Assembly: GCA_963818245.1 (NCBI GenBank)
Contig: CAWFSD010000003.1
Span: forward strand, 14,492 to 78,491
Reading direction: 5' to 3'
DNA from: an uncultured Planctomycetota bacterium
GTDB taxonomy: Bacteria > Planctomycetota > UBA11346
Length of the DNA stretch: 64,000 nucleotides
A program made the position numbers and the translations under genes. Of the stretch, positions 37,836 through 48,639 are shown in pieces. Under the pieces are notes generated by a model that worked only from the letters and a program-made list of their open reading frames with translations, had not been told where the DNA came from and did not search any database. Numbering within the stretch: position 1 is the stretch's first letter; each line of letters begins with the position of its first letter.

Positions 37836-40800
37836 ATGGCCGACCCCGCACCAACCCTCGACTCCGGCACCTACGACGTGGTGCGCCAGCGCCTCGACGC
37901 GCTCGGCGCGACCCTGCTCGAGCGCGTCAACGCGCTCAACGCGCGGCGACTGGAGGTGTTCGGCGCGGCCGGCATGCAGCTGCTCGCCACCGAGCACGTG
38001 CGCACCGAGCACAACTGCGTCCCGCGCGACATCCTCAGCGTGGGCGACCGGCTCATCCTCGGCTACCAGGTGCACCTGGGGCTGAAGTCCGCGACCGCGG
38101 TCGGCGACGTCTTCGCCGAGCAGGTGGTCGCCGGCACCACCTTCACGCCCGCGCCGCGCGCGCTGCTCACCGGCGCGGCCTTCGAGAAGGACTTCGCCGA
38201 GCTCTTCCAGTACTACAAGAACGCGCGCCTGCTGCAGCTGGTGCGCACCGACACGCACGCGCTCGCGGCCTTCCAGACCGGGCAGCGCATCAGCGACGTG
38301 CGCGTGCTGCGCTGGGCGCTGACCGCGGACGGCGCCGGCGTGGCCTACGTGGACAACCGCGGCGCGGCGGACTACGTCTTCCCGCCCAGCCACGACTTCG
38401 CCTGGGTGCGCACCACCCGCGAGGACCACGTGCAGGGCGCGCACCCGCACGTGAACATCCTGGACACGGTGTTCGTCGAGAGCATCCAGGGCGACGTCAC
38501 CATCAAGATCGAGAACAACACCGCGACCGGCACCGGCATCCTCAGCGACCCGGTCAAGGACGCCAACCAGGGCCTGGACGACGCCGAGATCAGCTACGCG
38601 AAGCTCGAGAGCTGCATCCTGATCCGCATCCGCCCGTACCGCGAGAACGAGCACCGCCACTACGTCTACAACACCCTGACCCACGAGGCGCAGCGCATCG
38701 ACGCCATCGGCGCGAGCTGCCAGCAGCTGCCCGAGGGCCACGGCCTGATCTTCCCGGGCGGCTACTACCTGGCGAGCGGGGTGGCCAAGGTCTTCCCCCA
38801 GGACTTCTAGCGGGATGCAGTTCGTGCGCGCGCTGCGCGCGCCGAACGGCGAGGACCTCGCCTACATCTACTACGAGCACGAGCAGGGCGTCTACATCAT
38901 CCTGCGCTACAACCTCATCACCCGCGAGGTCGAGCAGCCGCAGGTGTGCAACGGCTACACCTTCTTCGCCGACGGCCGCCTGGTGGTGTTCCGCGCCAAC
39001 CCGGAGCCCGCGCGCCTGCACGCCATGCAGGTGTGGCAGACCCCGTTCGTCGCCGACGAGGCCGCCGCGGCGGCGGCGCCGGACTCGCCGCTCGGGCGCA
39101 TCGGCAACCGTGAACTGGTGCGCGGCATCAGCGACCTGCGCAACCTGCAGCGCCTGATCGCCAACCAGCGCCCGACGCGCGAGGCCTACGCCGACCTGCT
39201 CAAGCAGGTGGTGCGCATCGGCGACTCCTACCACTGGCTGGACGAGGAGGACGGCGGCGGCATGAAGCCGCTGCTCGGCGAGCTGCGCGCCGCGGTCAAC
39301 GCCGCCATCGGCGAATTCGAGAAGGTGCTGCAGCTCACCGCCCAGGCCGCCGGCCAGGTCGCCGCGCTGGAGGCCGCGGCCGGCGAGCTGCTGCGCGCGC
39401 AGGCGCTCGAGACGCGCACCACCATCGACCAGTTCGTGCTGCCGCTGGCGGCCCTGCGCCGCAGCCGCGGCGCGGTGGCGAGCGCGCGCACCCTGCGCCA
39501 CGTCGACGGCGCGCGCCTGGACGCGCTCGACCAGCGCCTGGCGGCGGCGGCGGCGGAACTGGCGGCGGCGGCGGTGGCCTTCCTGCTCCAGGACCAGGCG
39601 CTCGCCTCGTACCACGGCGAGCTCGCCGCGCTCGAGGCCCAGGCCGCGACGGTGGCCACGGTCGCCGCCGCGCAGCCGCCGACCGCGCGCTGCGGCGAGC
39701 TGGGCGCCGCGCTCGACCTGCTGGTCGAGACCGTCAACGGCCTGGACATCGCCGACGCCACCGCGCGCACCGGCATCCTCGAGCGCATCGCCCAGGTCTA
39801 CGCCGGGCTCAACCGCGTGCGCGCGCTGCTCGACGGGCGGCGCCGGTCGCTCGGCGCGCGCGAGGGGCAGGCGGCCTTCGCCGCGCAGCTCGCGCTGCTC
39901 GCGCAGGCGGTGGCGAACGCGGTGGCGCTGTGCGCCACGCCCGAGGCCTGCGACGAATTCCTGGGCCGGCTGATGCTGCAGATGGAGGAGCTCGAGAGCC
40001 GCTTCGCCGACGTCGAGGCCTTCACCGCCGCGCTGGCCGCGAAGCGCGAGGAGGTCTACGAGACCCTCACGACGCGCAAGCAGGCGCTGCTCGACGAGCG
40101 CCAGCGCCGCGCCGACGGCCTGGGCCGCGCCGCCGAGCGCGTCATCGCCGGCATCGCCAAGCGCGCGGCGGCCTTCGCCAGCAGCGACGAGCTGAACGCC
40201 TACTTCGCCGCCGACGCGATGGTGCTGAAGGCGCGCGCGGTGATCGCCGAGCTGCGCACCCTGGGCGCGACGGTGCGCGCCGACGACTGCGAGGGCCGCA
40301 TCAAGGCCGCGCGCGAGACCGGCGCGCGCGCGCTGCGCGACCGCGGCGAGCTCTTCGACGGCGAGGCGGTCAAGCTCGGCCGCCACCGCTTCAGCGTCAA
40401 CACCCAGGCGCTCGAGCTGACCATGCTGGCGCGCGCCGGCGCGCGACGGGCGCGCCGCGATGTGGTTCCACCTCGTCGGCAGCGACTACTTCGGCCCGGT
40501 CGAGGACGCCGCCTTCGCCGCGACCAGCGCGTTCTGGGCGCAGGAGCTGCCCAGCGAGACCCCGCGGATCGCGCGCTGCGCGTACCTCGCCTGGCAGGTG
40601 CTGGCCGAGGCCGAGGCGGGCGCCGCGCCCAAGCCGCTCGCCGAGGCGGCCAGCGATCCCGCGCGCCTGCTCGAGGCGGTGCGCGCCGTCGCCGGCCGCC
40701 ACCACGACCACGGCTACGAGCGCGGCATCCACGACGCCGACGCGGTGCGCATCGTCGCCGCGCTGCTGCAGCTGCGCGCCGGCTGCGGGCTGCTGCGCTT

Positions 40801-43204
40801 CCCCGCGCCGCTGCGCGCGGCGGCGCTGCTCGCCTGGGGGACCGGCGGCGCCGGTGGCGACAGCGGCGCGGCCCGCGCTGGCTGGCTGCGCCAGGCGCGC
40901 GCCCTGGGCCGCCTGCGCGCCCACCTCGGCGACACGCCGGCCTGGGCCGGGCTCGCGGGCGAGCTGGCGCAGTGGATCGCGGCCCAGGCCGGGCGCGCCG
41001 GCCTGGCGCTGGATGCGGACGGCGCCGCAGAGGCGGGCGCCTACCTCGCCGAGGAGCTCGCCCGCCCCGGCGAGGTGCGCTGCGTGCGCAGCGGCCCGGC
41101 CGACGACCTGCTCGCGCGCTTCGCGACCTGGCTGCACTCGCTCGGCGCCGAGGGCCGCCTCGCCGACGACCTGCGCAGCCTGCTGGACGGCGGCACGGCG
41201 CCGCTCAGCGAGGCCTCGGTCCTGCTCGGCGGTGGCGGTCCGCGCGTGCGCGACCCGGGCGGGGCGGGGCGCGGCGAACCCGCGGGCGGCGGGGTGGGCG
41301 CCGCGCTGCGCCTCGCCCGGGCGTGGCTCGAGGCCTTCGCGGACCGCCACCTGCCGGCCGCCCGGCCCGCGCTCGCCGAGGCCGCGGCGTGGCTCCTGTG
41401 CGAGGGGCGCGTCGCCGCCGAGGTGGTGCACGCGCGCACCGCGCTCACCGTCGACGGGCTGCTCAGCCAGCACCCGACCATCGTCGAGGGCCGCCTGGAG
41501 GTGCGCATCGACGCCTTCGCCGCGCTGCTGCGCCCCCACGCGACCGTGACGGTGCCCGCGTACCGCGCCTACCAGGAGCAGCGCCGCCGCCTGCTCGAGC
41601 AGGAGCGCGCGCGCCTGCGCTGCGACGAGTTCACGCCCAGGGTGCTGACCAGCTTCGTGCGCAACCGCCTGATCAGCGAGGTCTACCTGCCGCTGATCGG
41701 CGATAACCTCGCCAAGCAGACCGGCGCGCTGGGCGACGCCAAGCGCACCGACCTGATGGGCCTGCTGCTGCTGATCTCGCCGCCCGGCTACGGCAAGACC
41801 ACGCTCATGGAGTACGTGGCCAGCGTGCTCGGGCTGGCGTTCGTCAAGATCAACGGCCCGGCGCTCGGCCACGAGGTGCGCTCGCTCGACCCGGCCGCGG
41901 CCCCGGACGCCACCGCGCGCCAGGAGCTGGAGAAGCTCGGCCTGGGCCTGGAGATGGGCAACAACGTGATGATCGTCATCGACGACATCCAGCACTGCCA
42001 CGCCGAGTTCCTGCAGAAGTTCATCAGCCTGTGCGACGGCAGCCGGCGCATCGAGGGCGTGTGGCGCGGGCGCCCGCGCACCTACGACCTGCGCGGCAAG
42101 AAGGTCGCGGTGGTGATGGCCGGCAACCCCTACACCGAGTCGGGCGAGCGCTTCCGCATCCCGGACATGCTCGCCAACCGCGCCGACACCTACAACCTGG
42201 GCGACATCCTCGGCGGCCACGGCGAGGCCTTCGCGCTCAGCTACCTCGAGAACAGCCTGACCGCGAACCCCCAGCTCGCCGCGCTGGTCGGCCGCCCGCC
42301 GGCCGACCTGGGGCGCCTGCTGCGCCTGGCCGCCGGCGACGACGCTGCGCGCGCCGAGCTCGAGCACCCCTACAGTGCGCTCGAACTGGGCGAGCTGACG
42401 GCGGTGCTGACCCGGCTGCAGCGCGTGCAGCAGGTGCTGCTGACCGTCAACCAGGCGTACATCGCCAGCGCCGCGCAGGCCGACGCCTACCGCACCGAGC
42501 CGCCCTTCAAGCTGCAGGGCTCGTACCGCAACATGGCCAAGATCGCGGCCCAGGTCGTGCCGCTGATGAGCCCGGCCGAGCTCGAGCGGGTGATCCTCGA
42601 CCACTACCGCGGCGAAGCCCAGACGCTGACCACCGGCGCCGAGGTCAACCTGCTGAAACTCAAGGCGCTGCTCGGCGCGCAGAGCGCCGCGGACGCGGAG
42701 CGCTGGGCGGCGATCCTGCAGACCTACGCGCGCCGCCAGGACCTCGCCGGCGCGGACGACCCCGCGTCCAGGGCCGTGCTGCAGCTCGCCAAGCTCGGCG
42801 AGCAGGTCGGCGCGCTGCGCGCGTCGCTGCACGAGGCCGCGGCCGCCGCCGGCGCGCGCGGCGCCGAGGAGCGCCGCGCCCAGGCCGAGCAGCTCGACCG
42901 CGTCGTGGCGTCGCTGGTCGCCGGCCTCGCCGCGCTGCACCCCGCGCCGGTCGAAGCGCCGCCGCCCGCGAAGATCGAGATCGTCAACACCCTGCCCAAG
43001 TACTACGCCAACCTCTACCAGCACCACGTCCAGGTCATCGAGCAGGCGCTGATCCCCGCGGTCGAGGCGATCGGCCGCTTCCTGGGCCAGTCCACCGCGG
43101 CGCGCGACAACCTGCACGGCATCGCCAGCGACCTGCGCAGCCTGATCCAGCGCAACCAGGGCTCGCCGGTGATCGATCCGGGGAACGAGGGGGAGGCGCG
43201 GTGA
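37836..43204 (+). CDS. Giant AAA+ ATPase of the 'DNA repair ATPase'/DUF3686 family (~1790 aa; apparent frameshifts at ~38808 and ~40445)
   Basis: N-terminal GTYDVVRQRL and IFPGGYYL, then RAPNGED and a long helical middle. C-terminal Walker A LLLISPPGYGKTT, Walker B IVIDDIQH, AGNPYTESG and MLANRAD. The three ORFs join by single-base indels. Confidence 0.88.
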
Positions 43205-43261
43205 AGTGGATCGGGGAGACGTGAGGCGAGGCGAAAGGCGCGACGCGGGAGTCGCGAGGCT

Positions 43262-43318
43262 CCTCACCTCACCTCACCTCACCTCACCTCACCTCACCTC
43301 ACCCGCCTCACCTCACCA
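43262..43318. repeat. Pentamer tandem array (CACCT)n between convergent genes
   Basis: Read directly. Confidence 0.9.
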
Positions 43319-44078
43319 CCACCCGCACCCCCGGCCTGATCATCTCGAACAGCGCCCCGATGTCCTCCTGCCGCATGCGCACGCACCCGTGGCTGCCCTG
43401 CTTCTCCAACCACTCCTGCGGAGCCGCGCCCGTGAAACCGTGGATGCCGATGCCGCGGAAGCGCCGGTCCTTGCCGGGCGTGAAGCCCAGCCAGTAGCCG
43501 CCCAGGACGTTTCCGGGTTCGTTGGCGGCGAAGACGTGGCCGGTGTCGGGGTCGCGCCAGGTCGGGGCGCGCACGCAGCTGGCCACCGTGGTGCTGCCGG
43601 CGGGGGTGGGGCTGCGCTCGTGGCCGACGCCGACCGGGTAGCACGCGATCAGCAGCGGGCCGCGCCACACCAGCAGGCGGAAATCATCGCGGCGCACCTC
43701 GATGCGCGCGCGCGTGCTCCTCAGGTCGAGCACCTTGAGCACCTGACCGGGGCGCAGGCCGCCACCGGCCCCGGGATTGAGGCGCAGCAGGCCGCCGCTG
43801 CCCAGGCGGTAGCGCCGCGCGATCACGGCCAGGGTTTCGCCGGGGCGGACGCGGTACAGGCGCAGGCCTGCGCGCTCCATCCCGGGCGGCCGTTCCGGGC
43901 CGAGGCAGATGCGCGCGGCGAGTGGCGCGAGGCGGTCGGCGAGCGTGACGTCCCAGGCGGCTGCGAGCTGGCGGCTGCCGGCCATCAGCTCGTCGAGCGC
44001 CGCGTCGGAAGCCCCGGTGACGCGGGTCGTCAGCAGGGTCAGGAGCAATACGACGATCATGGACGGGTGCGTGGGCAC
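43308..44078 (-). CDS. LysM + L,D-transpeptidase (YkuD) protein
   Basis: LysM YRVRPGETLAVIARRY; YPVGVG..TPAG; GIHG...SHGCVRM. Confidence 0.92.
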   Translation of the reverse strand: MPTHPSMIVVLLLTLLTTRVTGASDAALDELMAGSRQLAAAWDVTLADRLAPLAARICLGPERPPGMERAGLRLYRVRPGETLAVIARRYRLGSGGLLRLNPGAGGGLRPGQVLKVLDLRSTRARIEVRRDDFRLLVWRGPLLIACYPVGVGHERSPTPAGSTTVASCVRAPTWRDPDTGHVFAANEPGNVLGGYWLGFTPGKDRRFRGIGIHGFTGAAPQEWLEKQGSHGCVRMRQEDIGALFEMIRPGVRVVVR

Positions 44079-44346
44079 CCCGGCAGCCTCACGGAATCCG
44101 CCTGTTCCGCAATGGCAGGCGGACAGGCGGAGGCCTTGTGGCGGCGCTCCTCGCGCGCCGTATCTCTTCCCACCTGTGCTGTTTAGGTCGGAAGCGAACG
44201 CTGCCTTGCGGTACCATGCACCGGTGCGCGAAGCCCGATGTCAGGCGATCGTCAGCACGGCGTTACAGCCCCCTGTGGGATTATCCCACAGGAACAGCGC
44301 AAGATTCGCGGGCATTCATCGGACGTAACCCCACAAGGAGCCTTCC

Positions 44347-44673
44347 ATGCAGATCCTCCGCCACCTCGTCCTCGCCTGCGCCATCGTCGGCGCCAGCGCT
44401 TCCTTCACCATGCTCACCGCCGAGGACGCCAAGCCCGGCCGCGGCGAGAAGGTCACCGTCGAGACCCTGCCCGACGCGGTCAAGGCGACCTTCGCCAAGG
44501 AGGCCCCCGACGCGAAGGAGGTCTACAAGTCCAACAAGGACGGCAAGGACGTCTACCGCGCCAAGATCACCGGCACCGATGGCAAGGCGCTGATGCTGGT
44601 CGTCGGCGCCGACGGCGCGGTGATCTCGAAGAACCCGGCCCGCCAGAAGGGCGGCGACAAGCCCGCGAACTGA
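44347..44673 (+). CDS. Small secreted PepSY/BLIP-like protein
   Basis: AAGGAG RBS, signal peptide, LPDAVKATFAKEAP...VGADGAVI. Confidence 0.75.
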   Translation: MQILRHLVLACAIVGASASFTMLTAEDAKPGRGEKVTVETLPDAVKATFAKEAPDAKEVYKSNKDGKDVYRAKITGTDGKALMLVVGADGAVISKNPARQKGGDKPAN

Positions 44674-44711
44674 ACGCCGCCGACCGCGTCCGCGCGGTCG
44701 CGCATGGTTCC

Positions 44712-44745
44712 CGCCACCCCCGCTCGCCAACGAGCGGGGGTGGCG
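44712..44745. terminator. Hairpin between convergent genes (possible bidirectional terminator)
   Basis: Perfect stem CGCCACCCCCGCTCG-CCAA-CGAGCGGGGGTGGCG. Confidence 0.65.
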
Positions 44746-44747
44746 CT

Positions 44748-45197
44748 TTAACCGTCGCGGAAGAAACATGGCGGTGGGTTGCGATGCGAGTTGCGAGACG
44801 GGACGCGGACGCGGGTGGCCATGAGGACGGTGCCCGAACGCAACTCCCCGCCACTCACTTCGGTGTCCGGCGTGCAGATCAGGAACGGCTCGCCCCACTG
44901 TGCACCATCGGCGACGCTCCAGCGCACCGCGGCGGCCGCGGCGGGATCGCCGATGCGCGCCAGGCGCAGGCCGTGTCCGCCACCGGTGACCAGGCGCGCC
45001 GGACCGTCACCGCTCTCTTCGATGGGCGTGAAGCGCGCCTCGCCGGGGCCGTCGTGCCAGCCGGTGACCGCGCACCACTGCCAGACGCCGTCCAGCTGCA
45101 GCCGCACCGCGCGGATCGCGCGGCCGGGGCCGGTCTCCTTGAAGGTGGCCATGGCCGGCTCGTCGAGGTTGTCGCTGGCGGGGATGTCGAGGTACAT
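44748..45197 (-). CDS. Hypothetical protein
   Basis: GC3-rich, globular-looking ORF MYLDIPASDNLDEPAMATFKE...WGEPFLI. Confidence 0.6.
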   Translation of the reverse strand: MYLDIPASDNLDEPAMATFKETGPGRAIRAVRLQLDGVWQWCAVTGWHDGPGEARFTPIEESGDGPARLVTGGGHGLRLARIGDPAAAAAVRWSVADGAQWGEPFLICTPDTEVSGGELRSGTVLMATRVRVPSRNSHRNPPPCFFRDG

Positions 45198-45332
45198 GGC
45201 GGTCGTCCGGAGCGGGAGGATATGGCCGTTGCCGGGGGGGTCGAGCGCCAGCTCGACCACGGGACGGAACCCGCCGCGGGGGGCGCGTCGCCACCCGCTT
45301 GACCACGCCCCGCAGGCGGACTGGGGGAGCGC

Positions 45333-46294
45333 TCAGGCCGCTGGCGGTACCGCCGCGCCTCCACCGGCACCGCCAGCGTCGGCTCGACCAGCAGCCGCAG
45401 CCCCCAGCGGCGCCACGGTTCGACGCTGCGCGGCGGCAGCTCGAGCAGGTCCTTGAAGCGGCGGTGCTGCCAGAAGTACTGGCCAGGGAACGCGGCGATC
45501 ATGGTGGCGAGCAGGTCCTGGCTGGCCTGCACCAGCGCGGCCTCGTCGCCGCTGTCGTGGGCCAGGGGGCGGCCCATGAACAGGACGCTGCGTCCGGCGC
45601 GGACGCGCAGGCACAGGCCGGGGATGATCGGCACGCGCGCGCGGCTGGCGAAGAAGCCCGGTCCGCCGTGGCAGTAGGTGGCGACGCCGAAGAAGCGCGC
45701 GGGCACGCCCTCGCGCGAGCCGGGCGCCTGGTCGGCCATCAGCCCGACCGGCGTGCCCTGGCGCAGCGCGCGCATGACCTGCACCGCGCTGGAGCGGTCG
45801 CCGTGCTCGGCGAGCAGCACGGTGATGCCGCTGCGCTCGCGCTGGGCGTTCACCAGGCGGTCGACCGCCGGGTTGTGCTGGGCCTTGGCGTAGGCCAGGA
45901 AGCGCGGGACGAACGCGCGCACGCCGGCCGCGCCCATGTCCCAGTTCCCCAGGTGCGGGGTGAGGAAGGCGCAGCCCGGGTGGCGGCGGTGCACCAGCGC
46001 GTGCCAGGCCGGCGCGAGCGTGCGGATGTGGCGTTCCGGCCCGTCCGGGCCGCCGACCGTCCACAGTTCGAGGAAGTTCGCGCCCATGGTGGCGTAGCTG
46101 CGCCGGATCAGATCGCGTCGGCGGGTGGCGTGGTGCGGCAGGCCGGCGGTGCGGAACACCGCGCTGGCCACGCGCCGACGGACGCCGAGGTGGAAGGCGA
46201 GCACGCCCAGTCCGCCCCCGATCCGGCCGGCGGTGTCGCCGGCGAGCCGGTTGAGGGCGCGCAGCAGGGGCAGCACCACCAGGCGGTCGAGCAT
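45333..46294 (-). CDS. Lipid A biosynthesis lauroyl/lysophospholipid acyltransferase (HtrB/LpxL family); 3' end uncertain
   Basis: Motifs HLGNWD, GLMADQ, FFG and PGQYFWQHRRFK. As sequenced the frame reads on to 44879, so the stop may have been lost to an indel. Confidence 0.88.
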
Positions 46295-46534
46295 CGCCGC
46301 ATGCTAGCAGCCTGGGGAAAAACCACGACCCGGGGGCCCTCCCCCGGCCCACCCCGTCCGCGCCGGCGCTGGGCGGTCCGCGGCGCGGTGGCCATGTGCA
46401 GGCGGCATGGTCGCGCTCCGGACTTCCGATGCCGCATCCCCATGACGCCTTGTCAGGATGCGCCTGCGCGCTAGTGTGCGCGACCATTTCGCATATGTCA
46501 GAGCGCGGCCCCGCCGCACCGGAGCTGGAACATC

Positions 46535-46786
46535 ATGGCCATCAAGCGCGTCTGGATCGAAGAAGGCTGCATCGTCTGCAATGCCTGCGAGACCACCTGC
46601 CCCGAGGTCTTCAACGTCACCGAGGACAGCTGCTTCATCCGCTCCGACGTGCGCGAGGACGGCAAGCAGGACACCAACCTGGCCGCGCGCAGCGCGCTCT
46701 CGGGCACCTTCGGCGCCGACCTCGCCGACCAGATCGAGGAGGCCGCCGAGGGCTGCCCGGTCGAGGTCATCAAGTTCGAGAAGTGA
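46535..46786 (+). CDS. Monocluster [4Fe-4S]/[3Fe-4S] ferredoxin
   Basis: CIVCNACETTCPEVF...AAEGCPVEVI. Confidence 0.92.
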   Translation: MAIKRVWIEEGCIVCNACETTCPEVFNVTEDSCFIRSDVREDGKQDTNLAARSALSGTFGADLADQIEEAAEGCPVEVIKFEK

Positions 46787-47061
46787 GAAGGCTGACGGTT
46801 GACGGCGAGCCAGCACCGGGCGCCACCTTGCGGGGAGGCCGACCCGGTCGAGCCTGCTGACACGTCGCAACGCCAGCGCCCGCTGGTGACTGAGCGAGGA
46901 AGAGCCGTCAGCTGCCAGCTGCCAGCCGTTCCTTGGATCCAGGGTCCATTCCGCCCCGCTTCCCCGGGACCTGTTTGCCAGCCGTAAACAGCTGGAGTAG
47001 AGTGACCTGAAGGCATCCCGCGCGGGGTTCCACACGGTTCCGTGACCGACGCGGAAAGCGC

Positions 47062-47088
47062 TCAAGTCCGGTGGGGCCGGGCCGATGA
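47062..47088 (+). promoter_or_regulatory. Sigma-28 (FliA) promoter candidate
   Basis: TCAA-N15-GCCGATGA matches the TAAA/TCAA-N15-GCCGATAA consensus, ~40 bp upstream of the flgM-like ATG. Confidence 0.7.
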
Positions 47089-47128
47089 TGATGGCAGCAT
47101 GGGGACCTGGTCCCCTGTGGAGAAGGCC

Positions 47129-47474
47129 ATGGAGATCCATAACAACGAGTACCGGCCGGTCGACCCGGCGACGCGCCGGCGGCAGACCGAGGCCGCGTCG
47201 GTGCGCAGCGGCGCGCCCGTGGTCACCCCCAGCGGCCAGGGCCGGCCAGGCCGACCAGGTCGACGTGACCTCCAGCAGCCCGGCGGCCATCGCCCGCTAC
47301 GTGCAGCTCCTCAAGGACATGAATCCCGTCGACCTGCACAAGATCGACCAGCTCCGCCAGCGCATCGCCGAAGGCTCGTACAGCGCCAGCGCCGACGAAC
47401 TGGCCGGCCCGCTCACCGATCTCCTCGGTGGCGGCGGCGGCTCCAGCCGCGTCACGCCCAAGTCCAAAGCCTGA
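47129..47474 (+). CDS. flgM: Anti-sigma-28 factor FlgM (apparent frameshift at ~47240)
   Basis: ADQVDVT...PVDLHKIDQLRQRIAEGSY matches the FlgM C-terminal motif; GGAG RBS; sigma-28 promoter upstream. Confidence 0.75.
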
Positions 47475-47488
47475 CCCGGAACCAGCCC

Positions 47489-48617
47489 ATGCGCCTGCTC
47501 CGCCATGCCTGGGCCGCGGCCGTGCTGGCCGCCGCGCTGCTGACGGCGCCCGCCGCCGAGTTGTCGGTGCTGCCGGAAGGCAGCGCGGCGCAGCGCATCG
47601 CCCTCGGCAACGAGGCGCTGATGCAGAAGCGCTACGAGACCGCGATCGAGCACTACCGCCGCGCGCTGGCGGTCGACGCCACCTCCTTCCAGGCGCTCTT
47701 CAACCTCGCGCTCGCCTACCAGCAGCTCGGGCAGAACGAGGAGGCGCGCAGCTGGTACGAGCAGGCCAACAAGGTCGGCCAGGGCCACGCCGAGGTGCTC
47801 TGCAACCTGGGCGTGCTGGCCTTCAAGGCGCGGCGACTTCGCCACCGCCGCCGAGCGCTTCGGCGAGGCCGCGCGCCTCGCCAGCGAGAGCCCGGCCGAG
47901 GCCGCGGACTACTGGTTCAACGTCGGCACGGCGCGCGAGCGCCTCAGCCAGTGGCAGGAGGCCAAGCGCGCCTATGAGGAGTGCCTGGCGATCGCGCCCG
48001 GCCACTTCGGCGCGCAGTACAACCTCGGCACGCTCTACCTCGGCCCGCTCGCCGACCAGCCGCAGGCGCTGTTCAAGTCCGAGACCCACCTCGCCAAGGC
48101 GCGCGACCTGGCGCCGACGCGCAGCGAGCCGTGGGTCAACCTCGCGCTGGTCCACGAGCGCACCGGCGCCGGCGATCCCGACGCCGACTTCGCCCAGGCG
48201 CTGAAGGTCGCGAGCGGCGTGCAGGCGCAGCGCGTGCTGTGGCAGCGCGCGCTGTTCGCCAACCGCCAGAAGCCGCCGCGCAAGACCGCGATGCGCGACG
48301 ACCTGCAGCGCATCCTGGCCGAGGACGCGGACTTCCCGGAGGCGAACGGCATGCTCGGCGCCTACTGCTTCGCCATCGCCGACTACGACAAGGCGATCGG
48401 GCTGCTCGAGCGCGAGGTCGCTCCGGGCCACTTCGACCCGACCAGCAACGTCGACCTCGAGTCGCACTACCTGCTCGCGCTGATCTACACCGACCACCGC
48501 CCCGACGCGACCAAGGCCCTGGCGCACGCCAGCGCCTACTACGAGCAGCGCCCCGACAGCGCCAAGATCCACGAGCTGCGCCGGCGCGCCCTGCGCCTGT
48601 CGGCGGGTGGGCAGTGA
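47489..48617 (+). CDS. Secreted TPR-repeat protein (apparent frameshift at ~47830)
   Basis: Signal peptide; TPR motifs ALFNLALAY, LCNLGVLA, YWFNVG and AQYNLGTLY across two frames. Confidence 0.82.
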
Positions 48618-48639
48618 GCACCCGCCCCCGGAGCCAGCC

